A stretch of DNA of 64,000 bases, taken from Candidatus Eiseniibacteriota bacterium. GTDB taxonomy: Bacteria > Eisenbacteria > RBG-16-71-46. The notes beneath the pieces are model-generated. The model did no database searches, was not told the DNA's origin, and saw only the letters and a program-made list of their open reading frames with translations. A program made the translations under genes and the position numbers. Below, piece by piece: positions 23,373 to 34,957 of this stretch (positions are counted from its first letter, which is position 1; the number at the start of each line of letters is the position of its first letter). The stretch lies in NCBI GenBank assembly GCA_963725865.1, contig CAVSAC010000014.1, forward strand, positions 1,632,001 to 1,696,000, read 5' to 3'.

Positions 23373-23609
23373 CACGGGTTCCAGGACCTGCTGAGCCGGC
23401 GCAGACGAACCATCCGAACGCGACGCGCCAGGACGGTCGCAGGCTGTGGCGCTACGTTCGCCGCTGGATCGTCGAGCGCACGTTCGCGTGGCTGGGCGGG
23501 TGTCGTCGCCTGCTGGTTCGCCACGAGCGGCTCCTCTGCGTCCACGCCGCATTCTTCCACCTGGCCTGTGCGATGCTCACGCTTCGACAGGTCTTGAAAT
23601 GAGTTCTAG
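23369..23609 (+). mobile_element. Internally deleted IS5-family remnant (MITE-like)
   Basis: 23429-23602 encodes QDGRRLWRYVRRWIVERTFAWLGGCRRLLVRHER (IS5 transposase C-terminus); CTAG at both ends; imperfect inverted ends CACGGGTTCCAGGACCTG / AACTCATTTCAAGACCTG. Confidence 0.8.
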
Positions 23610-23622
23610 ACTCCGCGCCGCC

Positions 23623-25536
<1,914 letters not shown>

Positions 25537-25631
25537 CGATGGCGCAGAAGGCGAGATACGAGACGACCGGCCGAGTAGGATGCGTGACTCGCGAGTAGCT
25601 AAGCGTGACTTGAGGAGTGCATATTTCCGAT

Positions 25632-27650
25632 ATGGAATCCAATCTGACTCCGCAATCGCGAAGTGCAGCCTGGTATGGGGCTCCGATCAAGCTGTTCCTT
25701 GAGGCGCACGAGGATCTGATCCTCGGTGTCCTGACCAGAGCGAGTGTCTTTGAGGTCACGCCTTCGCAGAGCGCAGCCTGGGTACGCGAGATCTCGATCC
25801 TGAAGTCTGCTCTTGTTGGGGTGCCGGGCTGGATCTTCCTCGAATTCGATGTTCCTCGACTCGGGAGTCGCATCGATGCAGTAGTGGTAAGCGATGCAGC
25901 ACTAATACCCATCGAATTCAAAGTAGGAGAGCGGGTGTTCTTAGGTCCAGATCACAATCAGGCGTGGGACTACGGTCTCGACCTTAAGAACTTCCATGCC
26001 GCAAGCCACGACTCGCCGATCTACCCAGTTCTCCTAGCGACGGACGCCGCCGAATCGACTTGCGAATGGCCATCGGCGCACCCTGATGGAGTCCGTGAGC
26101 CACGCCATGTCAACGCACACGAGCTTGCGGCTGCAGTCGCTGATGCGCGACTGGATGCAACAGGGCCGCTCCTCGACGGGGATGCATGGTCAAGAGCCTC
26201 ATACCATCCAACTCCCACAATAGTCGAAGCAGCGCAGGCGCTGTATTCACGTCACACAGTAGAGGCAATAGCTCGGAATGACGCAGGGGCGAAGAACCTC
26301 TCGATTACGTCTCAGAGTGTTGAGGGCGTGATTGAAAAGGCCGCATGCGAGCGGTTCAAAGCGATTGTCTTCGTAACGGGTGTGCCTGGAGCAGGGAAGA
26401 CACTTGTGGGGCTCAACATCGCAACTCGGCGAAGAAGAGTCGATGACGCGGCGCACGCGGTCTTCCTCTCCGGCAATGGTCCGCTGGTGGCGGTGCTGCG
26501 GGAAGCGCTGACTCGAGACGAGGTGGCGCGGCTGAAGTCGAAGGGCGGTGCGACTCGCAAGGGCGAGGTCGCACAGCGGGTGAAGTCTTTCATTCAGTTG
26601 GTGCATCATTTTCGCGATGACGGCATTCGAACGCGCGAGACGAAGGAAGTGCCTCATGACCGCGTCGTGATCTTCGATGAGGCCCAACGTGCTTGGGACT
26701 TGGCCAAAACCGCGGACTTCATGAAGCGAAAGAAGGGGGTGCCGGGCTTCAATCAGTCAGAGCCGCAGTTCCTCATCGACTATATGGATCGCCATCGAGA
26801 CTGGGCAGTGATCATCTGTTTGGTCGGGGGCGGACAGGAGATCCATGACGGTGAAGCGGGAGGAATCAGTACGTGGCTCGACGCGTTGAGAGAGCACTTC
26901 TCGGCGAAGTGGCGTGTCTATATCTCCTCTGAACTGACAGACAGCGAGTATGCGGCCGGGCAAGCCATTGAGAGGCTCAAAGGCGTGTCAAGCGTCGAGC
27001 AGCTTAGTTCACTCCATCTCGCCACCTCGATGAGGTCGTTTCGTTCGGAGAGAGTGTCGGCCTTTGTGAAGGCGTTGCTTGATCTCGACGCAGCAACCGC
27101 GCGGGAGATGCTAGAGGCAGTAACAAGGCGGTATCCGATTGTGCTGACGCGGAGCATCGAGAAGGCGCGAGCATGGCTTCGGGGGCGAGCGCGAGGTTCC
27201 GAGCGCTATGGGCTCGTCGCCAGCTCGGGCGCCTCTCGGCTAAAACCGCACGCTATCGACGTGCGCGTAAAGGTGAATCCCGTGCACTGGTTCCTCAATG
27301 GTGCTGACGACACGCGATCGAGCTACTACCTTGAAGACGTCGCCACCGAGTACCAGATCCAAGGCCTCGAGCTGGACTGGATCGGTGTCACCTGGGACGC
27401 GGACCTTCGTTTCGACGGAAAGAAGTGGCAGCACCACTCGTTTAGCGCGAAGGGATGGCAGAAGGTCAAGCAGCCAGAGCGGAAGCAGTACTTGCTGAAT
27501 GCCTACCGCGTGCTGCTCACGCGCGCTCGCCAAGGCATGGTGATCTTTGTGCCGCCAGGTGATCAGGCTGATCCGACTCGGCCCCCCGGCTACTACGACC
27601 CCACGTATCAGTACCTGCAACGTGTCGGAATGCCCTCCATCGACCCCTAA
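25632..27650 (+). CDS. DUF2075 (Schlafen group 3-like) helicase with N-terminal PD-(D/E)xK-like domain
   Basis: RIDAVVV...IEFK, Walker A GVPGAGKT, IFDEAQR, IQGLELD, NAYRVLLTRARQG; lower GC than flanks. Confidence 0.88.
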   Translation: MESNLTPQSRSAAWYGAPIKLFLEAHEDLILGVLTRASVFEVTPSQSAAWVREISILKSALVGVPGWIFLEFDVPRLGSRIDAVVVSDAALIPIEFKVGERVFLGPDHNQAWDYGLDLKNFHAASHDSPIYPVLLATDAAESTCEWPSAHPDGVREPRHVNAHELAAAVADARLDATGPLLDGDAWSRASYHPTPTIVEAAQALYSRHTVEAIARNDAGAKNLSITSQSVEGVIEKAACERFKAIVFVTGVPGAGKTLVGLNIATRRRRVDDAAHAVFLSGNGPLVAVLREALTRDEVARLKSKGGATRKGEVAQRVKSFIQLVHHFRDDGIRTRETKEVPHDRVVIFDEAQRAWDLAKTADFMKRKKGVPGFNQSEPQFLIDYMDRHRDWAVIICLVGGGQEIHDGEAGGISTWLDALREHFSAKWRVYISSELTDSEYAAGQAIERLKGVSSVEQLSSLHLATSMRSFRSERVSAFVKALLDLDAATAREMLEAVTRRYPIVLTRSIEKARAWLRGRARGSERYGLVASSGASRLKPHAIDVRVKVNPVHWFLNGADDTRSSYYLEDVATEYQIQGLELDWIGVTWDADLRFDGKKWQHHSFSAKGWQKVKQPERKQYLLNAYRVLLTRARQGMVIFVPPGDQADPTRPPGYYDPTYQYLQRVGMPSIDP

Positions 27651-27743
27651 GTGAGCCAGGACGCTGCCGGGCCTTTGCCAGGCTTGTTCCCGGGCAGTGC
27701 TTCTCCCTTGCCATCCCCCGCTCGCCCAGGCCAGGCTGCGCGT

Positions 27744-28097
27744 ATGCCTCCTCGCGACGACCCCGCGATCCTCGAAGCACTCGAACGCGAGCGCGCGGAC
27801 CTGATCGGCAACGCCACGGTCCTCGCGTACGCCGGCACGTTCTTCGACGATCCGGTCGCCACGTTCGAGGTGGTCTGCATGGCGTCGAACCTCGTCGACG
27901 ACTTCGACGATTACGGGCCCGTGATCCAGGCGGACGAGGACGGCGAGTACTCGCCGGACATCTCCATCCAGCGCCTCCGCGCTGCGCGCGACGGCCTGTT
28001 CGCGGCGTACGATTCCCGCCCGCGGCTGCCGTTCCTCTGGCACTCTCGCGAGGTCGGCTGCTTCCCACGCCCACGTACGTTCCCCGGAGGCCCCGCC
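27744..28097 (+). CDS. Acidic hypothetical protein running in frame into the dinB start
   Basis: Host-like codon usage from MPPRDDPAIL to LFAAYDSR; no stop before ATG 28098. Confidence 0.5.
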
Positions 28098-28395
28098 ATG
28101 TCCACGCAGTCCCTCTCCGAGCGCGACGGCTACGTCGCTACGTTCGACCGCGAGACGTCCACCACGCTGCGGCTGATGCGCGAGTTCCCGGCCGCGAGTC
28201 TCGACCTCCAGCCGTCCGAGAAGTCGGGCCGCGCGCGCGACATCCTGTGGGTGCTCACGGTGGGTCCGCTGGTCGTCACGCGCATGCTGGGCGGCACGCC
28301 GGTCGATCCGAAGACCATGCCGAAGCCGCCGGCCACGTTGCCGGAGCTGCTCGCAGCGTTCGAGCGGGCCAAGGCCGTCGCGCTCGCCGCGCTTA
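28098..28395 (+). pseudogene. DinB-family gene, 5' part, interrupted by the IS630 element
   Basis: GGAGG SD; MSTQSLSERDGYVATFDRETSTTLR aligns with the intact paralogue at 35818. Confidence 0.88.
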
Positions 28396-28744
28396 TTGAT
28401 CAGTGCATAAGTAATGACCCATTCCGGCGCCAGACCTGCCGGATCTTGGCGAGCGCGCCTTCAACCTCGATGGGAGCTTCGGAACTCGGCTGCCGTTGAG
28501 CCCCAACTGGCTCAACCCCTCACGCGAGGCGTTTCGGGTCCCCAGAGGGTGGGCAGACTCCGCCCGGTCGAGCGACCAGTCGACGAGGTCTAACCCGTCG
28601 TGCCCATGCGCCCCGGGACGCGGGCCTGGCCATCGAAGGTAGGCCCCGTGCGGGACGAAGTCGTCGAATGATAGAGTTCGACGTTTCTGGGGTCAGTCGG
28701 CCTGTCGCCGCAACGAGTTGCAGGATCGGGCCGCGGCCCGCAAC

Positions 28745-28790
28745 GCGAATCACTCAGTGATAGCTTCTGGTAAGAACTCTATCATTCGAG
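28745..28790. repeat. Dyad site A, direct-repeat partner of 30747-30791
   Basis: AGTGATAG-N15-CTATCATT; 34/46 identity to site B by manual alignment; right arm is a perfect 16-bp inverted repeat of 28664-28679. Confidence 0.7.
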
Positions 28791-28968
28791 GGGGCTTGGT
28801 CAACCCGGGTTGTCCACAGGGCGTGTGCGAGGATCTTCCCCCAGAGGAGTCGATGAAACAGGGGGCCACGACGGCGCAGCGACAGGCTGATAGACTCCGC
28901 GCGGGCTTGAGCAGGTGAAGGAACATGTCAAAGGGCGCCGAGGTTTCGCGTCCCAATGGGGGGTACGC

Positions 28969-29589
28969 ATGGGCCGCAGCAGAGTCGTCCGCGCCATTCA
29001 GGTGGGGATCATCATCGTATCGCTCGCCGGCAGCCGCGCTGTCCGCGCCGAGGTCGCGCTCGGCGCGTCGTTCGGCTACACACACTTCTCCTATCCCAAC
29101 ACCCCGCGCTTCAAGGACGACGTCTTCGGATTCCCCGGTACCCAGGCGTGGGGACAGCCGGGGCTCCGCATCGGCTATCGCGCGCGGGGTGGTCGCTGGG
29201 ACCTGAACACTGATGTTGGTCTCGTGAACGTGCACCATTCCGGGACCATCGGAGCCGACGAGACGACGATCGAGGCGCTGCCGCAATTCCAGGCGAACGC
29301 CCCGAGCTGGCGCGGGCTGAGCCCGTTCGTGAACGGCGGTGTGGGCATCGTCTACGAGACCGCGCTCACGGCGTACGGTAGCTCGTTTACCGCGACACGT
29401 CCCGTGTTTGGCGCCGGCATCGGCCTGCGAAAGCCAGTGAGCGACGGCCACGGGTTCATCCGAGCCGAGTTTCGCTACGACCACCTGCCCGAGCACGTGA
29501 CGGGGCTGAGCCCCTCCGACAACTTTACCTTCCCGGCCACCGACCTGTTCTCGGTCAAGTTCGGTTTCGACCTGGTTGTGGCGCACTGA
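28969..29589 (+). CDS. Passenger outer membrane beta-barrel protein
   Basis: Signal peptide, SPFVNGGVGIVY, FGAGIGLR, IRAEFRYD, SVKFGFDL. Confidence 0.8.
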   Translation: MGRSRVVRAIQVGIIIVSLAGSRAVRAEVALGASFGYTHFSYPNTPRFKDDVFGFPGTQAWGQPGLRIGYRARGGRWDLNTDVGLVNVHHSGTIGADETTIEALPQFQANAPSWRGLSPFVNGGVGIVYETALTAYGSSFTATRPVFGAGIGLRKPVSDGHGFIRAEFRYDHLPEHVTGLSPSDNFTFPATDLFSVKFGFDLVVAH

Positions 29590-29689
29590 ATCAGAGCGTG
29601 GAATGGGAGTGAAGGACCTTGAGACCCGTCGGCCCGGTCATCGAGTTGGAAGTGTGCGCGACGGCGTTTCGGAGGTAGCGAGGCATGAC

Positions 29690-30685
29690 ATGTTAATGCT
29701 TGTGCGGCCGGCCACGAGGTCGTTCGCCTATTGGATCCGCTTGGCCGCTGTCGCGGGCTACCTGATGCTGTCGGCCGGGTGCGGCGATTCCTCCTTCGAC
29801 CCGAGGCATTTGGATCCGTGGTTCGCGGCAGTGGGTGGCTCATCTGCCAACGACGTCTACGCGGTCGGGTCCTCGACGATCTGGCACTACGACGGCCGTC
29901 GCTGGGCCGCCGAGGGCGATTTCTCAGCGTTCATGAACGGCGTCTGGGCACCGGCAAGCAACGACGCGTATATCGCGTGGAGCAGCCCTGACGGTGGGCT
30001 CACCGGGAAGGTCTATCATTTCGATGGTCGCGCCTGGAGTGTGGTGGCCTCCGCCCCGGCGGCGCTCGAGTCTGCCTGGGGCACCTCGGGACGCGATGTG
30101 TACGCGGTGGGGCGCGAGGGATGGATCCTGCACTACGACGGCAGCACCTGGAGCGCCTTTACCACCGGTCGGCACGAATGGCTGCAGGGTATCTGGGGAA
30201 GCTCCCCGCAGGACGTGTTCGTCGCTGGCCCAGTAGACTCGATCCTCCACTACGACGGCGCGCGGTGGACCCGTCAGTACACGGGTGCGCCATCGCTCGC
30301 TGTGTGGGGTAGCTCAAGCCATGACGTGTTCGCGGTGGGCGGGCCCTACATCACGCACTACGACGGCGTGAGCTGGAGTCCTCAGGTGAGCGGCACCACG
30401 AACAACCTGTTCGGGATATGGGGCAGCGCGCCGAACGACGTATTCGCGGTGGGCACAAATGGCACCATCTTGCACTACGACGGCGCCGGATGGAGCGCGC
30501 AGGCGAGCGGCACGACCGGACATCTGTACGGGGTTTGGGGAAGCTCGAAGTACAACGTATTCGCCGTTGGGCAAGAAGCGATCCTGCGCTACGACGGTAC
30601 CCGTTGGAGCCCACCTATCACCGCCCCCCCGTCGCCCCTTGCCCCCTCCCGAGCGGGCCCTGCTCGTCGCCTGACGGCGCCGTAG
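29690..30685 (+). CDS. Passenger lipoprotein with about 7 WGSxxxDVFAVG...ILHYDG repeats (beta-propeller-like)
   Basis: Lipobox LSAGC; tandem ~38-aa repeats. Confidence 0.82.
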   Translation: MLMLVRPATRSFAYWIRLAAVAGYLMLSAGCGDSSFDPRHLDPWFAAVGGSSANDVYAVGSSTIWHYDGRRWAAEGDFSAFMNGVWAPASNDAYIAWSSPDGGLTGKVYHFDGRAWSVVASAPAALESAWGTSGRDVYAVGREGWILHYDGSTWSAFTTGRHEWLQGIWGSSPQDVFVAGPVDSILHYDGARWTRQYTGAPSLAVWGSSSHDVFAVGGPYITHYDGVSWSPQVSGTTNNLFGIWGSAPNDVFAVGTNGTILHYDGAGWSAQASGTTGHLYGVWGSSKYNVFAVGQEAILRYDGTRWSPPITAPPSPLAPSRAGPARRLTAP

Positions 30686-30746
30686 CCGGGCTGCCCGGCG
30701 GTCGTGGGTGCAAGAGAGCCCTGCTTGTCGTCGGCGATGCTGCCCT

Positions 30747-30791
30747 GCGAATCACGAGTGATAGACTCTTGCATAGACTCGATCACTCAAG
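30747..30791. repeat. Dyad site B
   Basis: GAGTGATAG-N15-CGATCACTC; preceded by GCGAATCAC as in site A. Confidence 0.7.
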
Positions 30792-30822
30792 CCCCCTGCT
30801 ACCGCAAGCCGCTGGCTTGCAG

Positions 30823-31913
30823 TCAGTTGGAACACCGAACGCTGGCGTCACGTCGTCGAGGCGGGGCTCCGGAGTGACCTCTCCGAGCACCGCCGAGGCG
30901 CAAGGGCAGGCCCGTGGCGCGAACGAACCCGCGGAGCAGGCGTTGCCGACCGGCGACCGACCGCGCATGGCGCACGGCCGTGCGCGCGAGTTCGTCCGCG
31001 TTGTCCGGGGCGTGGTTGGCCAGCGGGCCGCCCTTGAAGTAGCCCCACACGTACTCGACGGCGTTGAGCTCCGGGGCGTAGGGCGGCAGCAGCACGGTGC
31101 GGACCTGCGGGCAGCGAGCGAGAAACGCCTTGGTCGAACGGGCGCGATGCGTCGCGAGCCGGTCCCAGATCAGGATCAGCGGACCGCGGACGTGGCGACG
31201 CAGCGCGCGCAGGAAGTCGACCAGCACGGCCGCGGTGATGTTCTGGTTCGGGTAGAAGGCCACATAGAGCCCGAGGCGTCGGCGCTGCGGCGAGATCGTC
31301 ACGACGCCGGCCGCCGAGACCTTCTGGCGCGAGCGGGTGCGCTGCCGCAGGATGGGGGTCGCGCCCCGTGGCGCCCAGGTGCGACGCACCAGCGGCGCCA
31401 TCAGCAGGCCGCTCTCGTCGAAGAAGGCGAGCGTCGCCTTCAGCCGCGTGGCGTTTTTTTTACCCGCGACCAGGTGTCGCGGACCCAGCCGCGGATCGCT
31501 TTCTCGTCGCGCTCGCGTGCCTGGCGTTCGGGCTTCTGCGGCGAGAACCCGAGCGAGCGTAGGAGTCGCCCGACATGCGAGGCGTGATAGCGCACCTTGA
31601 ACCGCCGCCGGATCACCTCGGCGACGCGCGGACAGGTCCACAACTCGGTCGCGTAGCCGCAGGCGCGCGGCCCCTCAAGCAGGCGGCCCACCAACTGCTC
31701 GCGCTGCGCCTCAGTCAGCTTCGGAGGCCGGCCCGAAGCGGGATGGGCCGCGAGCTTCTTGCGTTCCCCCAGCGCACGCCAGCGGCGTACCAAGCGTCGA
31801 TTGACGCCGAGTCGACGGGCGACGTCGACCGGAGCGAGCCCTTCACCCAACAGCTTCCATGCCTTGAGTCGGCGTTGCTCCAACTGCTCCGGACTGCCGT
31901 GCGGGCGTGGCAT
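30823..31913 (-). CDS. IS630 transposase split into an HTH ORF (31440-31913) and a DDE ORF joined by a -1 frameshift
   Basis: SGRPPKL and LGFSPQKP in ORF A; FFDESG, IWD and LPPYAPELNAVEYVW in ORF B; A8C slippery run at 31453-31461. Confidence 0.93.
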
Positions 31914-31963
31914 TGGATCCCTCCCGCCCGCACATTAGGTCATTACTTATGCACGCGTCAATA

Positions 31964-32169
31964 GCAAGACGACTGACGCCGACTTCGACGCGGTGGTCCA
32001 GTTCCCGAGCGGGCCGGGCAAGGTGTCCGACATCCGCCGCGGCAACCTGCTCTGGATGTTTCTCTACGACCACATCCATCACCGCGGACAGCTCTCGGTG
32101 TATCAGCGCATCGCGGGCGGGAGAGTGCCGAGCATCTACGGACCGTCGGGCGACGAGCCCTGGGTCTGA
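31964..32169 (+). pseudogene. DinB-family gene, 3' part
   Basis: KTTDADFDAVVQFPSGPG...DHIHHRGQLSVYQRIAGGRVPSIYGPSGDEPWV*. Confidence 0.9.
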
Positions 32170-32378
32170 ACGGAAGCCCCGCTCACCTGCCATTTTCCCC
32201 GTGCGCTTTCCGCGCCTCCCGGCATTCCCCTCTCAGGCCCAGTCGGGCGCGCCGCCGTTCCGCGCACCCCGCCGGCCCCGAGCCCGCCTCGGCGTTCGGC
32301 GTGCGAGCCGCCTCGCGTCCGAGCGCCGGAGCCCGGCCCGCAAAGCGTCACCCGAGCACTCCACCCCGGGAAGGCCCC

Positions 32379-34827
32379 ATGCCCACGCCAATCCAACGCC
32401 GACTCGCGCCACTCGCCGTCCTCGCGATCTCGCTGCTTGCGGGCTTCGCAGCCGCCCCCGCCCACGCCGCGTTCGGGCGCGATCCCTACAGCCCCGTCAC
32501 CATCGTGCCGTTCGCGTTCCGGACGGGATTCGGCTCGGCCATCGCCGATGGCAGCGGCGGCATGCTGGTCTGCTGGTCCGACCCGCGCGGAGGGTCCTTG
32601 GACATCTACGTCCAGCGCCTGACGTCCTCGGGCGCGGTCGCCCCCGGTTGGCCGGCCGGCGGACTGCTGGTCTGCGGTGCCGCGGGCGATCAGTACTCGT
32701 CATCGATGGTGAGCGATGGCGCGGGTGGCGCAGTCCTGGCGTGGACCGACGAACGGGTCGCTCAACGAGACATCTACGCCACCCGCGTCCTCGGCACCGG
32801 CAGCGTCGCGCCGGGCTGGCCGACCAACGGCCTGCTGGTCTCGACCACGCTCTTCTCGCCCAGCATGCCCGACCAGACCCCGTACCTCGCCCCCGACGGC
32901 GCCGGCGGAGCATTCATCGCCTGGACGCTGAACTACAGCGGGTCGGACGTAGATGTCTATGACGCGCGCGTCACTTCAGCGGGCGCTCTGGCGTGGACCG
33001 GCACCCCGTTCGCGAACTTCGGCATCCAGTACCCGACCAAGCTGCTCGCCGACGGCGCGGGGGGCTTCTTCATCGCCATCGAGGACAACGAGAACACGTC
33101 GTCGATGCACGCCAAGGTCGCGAGGCTGAACGCCGCGGGCGGGCAGGTGTGGGGTCCGGCCTACGTCGGCGCCGGCATCTCCAATCAGCTGGGCGTCGAT
33201 ATCGCGCTCGACGGCTCGGGTGGCGTGTACGGGGTGTGCGTGGACCTCGCGTTCGGCACCTACTCCAACATCACCGCCAACCACTTCCTCGCCAATGGCT
33301 CCAACGATCCAGGCTGGGGCGGCTACAAGACGATCGCCCCCCAGGCGAATGTCTCCCAGGGCGCCCTGCTCGCCCTGAGCGACGGCAGTGGCGGTCTGCT
33401 GACCGTCTTCAGCGATACCCGCTATGGCTCGCCCGACCTGTTCGTGCAGCGCACCGGCCCTTTTGGGCTGCCGTGGTCGGGCTGGCCGGCAGGCGGGGTG
33501 GCGCTGGCGGTCGCCGCGGGCTCGCAGTACGCAGGGTCAGCGACCGCGGATGGCACGGGCGGCGCGGTGATTGAGTTCTCCGACAATCGCCTCGGCGTGG
33601 ACTACCTCCTCTATGCGGTGCGTGTGCTGGGCGACGGCACGCTGGCGCCGGGGTGGTCGTACGGCGGGAACCCGCTCGAGCTCGCCGGCATGTCCCAGGG
33701 CGGCGCATCGGCGGTGTCCGACGGCGCGGGAGGGGCGTTGTTCTCGTGGGCGGACAATCGCGGTGCGCCGTTCAACAGTAACGGCTACCAGGGCGTGTAC
33801 GCGCAGAACATGGACCGTTACGGTGTGCTCGGCGACGCGCGCCCGGCGATCACGCGCATCGCCGACGTGCCCAACGACCAGGGCGGCCGACTCTCGCTGC
33901 AGTGGACGGCGAGCTTCCTCGACGCGAACCCCTCGCGCACCGTGGCGCAGTACACGATCTGGCGGCGCGTGCCGGGCGGGGCGCCCGAGGCCGCGGCGCG
34001 CCGCGCGGCGGCGGTCGGTGGGCGGCTGGCGCCGCGCACCACGATCGAGGGCGCGCAGGTGGTGTACTGGGAGTACGTCGCCACCGAGCCGGCGCGCATG
34101 CTGCCGGGCTACAGCGCGGTGGTGACGACCACGTCGGACTCGATGGCGGCGGGCAATCCGCGGACGTCGCTGATGGTGTTCGCGGAGTCCGCCGGCGGCT
34201 CGCAGTTCTGGCAGTCGGCGCCGGACAGCGGCCTACTCGGTCGACAACGTGCCGCCGGTCGCGCCGGCACCGTTCGCGGGCACCTACGGCGGTGGCGTCG
34301 CGTCGCTGCACTGGCGCGGGAACACCGAGGCCGACCTGGCGAACTACCGGCTCTACCGTGGCACGTCGCCCTCGTTCGTGATCGGGCCGGGGAGCCTGGT
34401 GGCGGCGCCGGTCGACACCGCGTACGCCGACGCCGCGTCGGCGCCCTACTACTACAAGCTCACCGCCATCGACGCGCACGGCAACGAGAGCCCGAGCACG
34501 CTGTTGCTGCCATCGGGCGCGCTCGCGGTCGACGGCGCCGCGCCGCCGCACGAGCTGGCGCTGGAGCGGCCGGCGCCGAATCCCGCGCGCGGCGCGACGA
34601 CGCTCCGCTTCGCGCTGCCTCGCGAGGGCGCGGTGCGGCTTGCGCTCTACGACGCCGCGGGCCGGCGGGTGCGCACGCTGGTGGATGGCGCGCGCGCGGC
34701 GGGTGAGTACGCGAGCACCTGGGACCTGCGCGACGACGGAGGCCGCGCGGTGGGCGCGGGGCTCTACTTCGCGCGGCTCGAAGCGGACGGCCGCTCGATC
34801 GTCCAGCGCGTCATGACGCTTCGATAG
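32379..34827 (+). CDS. Secreted repeat protein with FlgD-Ig/T9SS-type CTD, paralogue of 9464-12028, +1 frameshift near 34232
   Basis: Same repeat, DVPNDQGG and CTD architecture; AGC GGC C TAC TCG GTC GAC AAC carries one extra C. Confidence 0.85.
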
Positions 34828-34852
34828 GCCGACCAGCCCCACGCGAGGAATC

Positions 34853-34882
34853 ACGGGCCCGGGGTCACTCCCCCGGGCCCGT
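34853..34882. terminator. GC-rich hairpin
   Basis: ACGGGCCCGGGG-TCACTC-CCCCGGGCCCGT just after the stop codon. Confidence 0.65.
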
Positions 34883-34912
34883 TCGCCGCCCCGGCACTCG
34901 GCGATTTTGCCC

Positions 34913-34957
34913 TTGCGCCCGACCTGGGCCTCCTCCTATGGTTAACCACATGGTTAA
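34913..34957 (+). promoter_or_regulatory. Putative promoter and ArsR operator overlapping the start codon
   Basis: TTGCGC-N18-TATGGT; palindrome TTAACCA-CA-TGGTTAA at 34942-34957. Confidence 0.65.

Larger units (their letters stand above)
28396..31961 (-). mobile_element. IS630-family element with passenger genes (3,566 bp)
   Basis: TIRs TTGATCAGTGCATAAGTAATGACC (28396-28419) and reverse complement TTGACGCGTGCATAAGTAATGACC (31938-31961), 21/24 match; TA duplicated at 28394-5 and 31962-3; removing it restores the dinB frame. Confidence 0.93.

Noticed and set aside
25537..25631. tRNA-Sec (selC) next to selB
   Set aside because: No cloverleaf or TTC-loop motif visible
28495..28646. Integron attC site (GTCTAAC...GGTAGGC; GTTGAGC/GCTCAAC)
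   Set aside because: The R' box is not GTTRRRY, there is no proper long stem and no integrase; 28495-28516 is a simple hairpin
28751..28765. tetO operator (CAGTGATAG)
   Set aside because: Half-site match only, and no tetR/tetA; treated as part of the dyad-site finding
30865..30900. Inner IS630 TIR just after the transposase core (GGTCACT on the minus strand)
   Set aside because: Only ~6 bases match the 24-bp TIR
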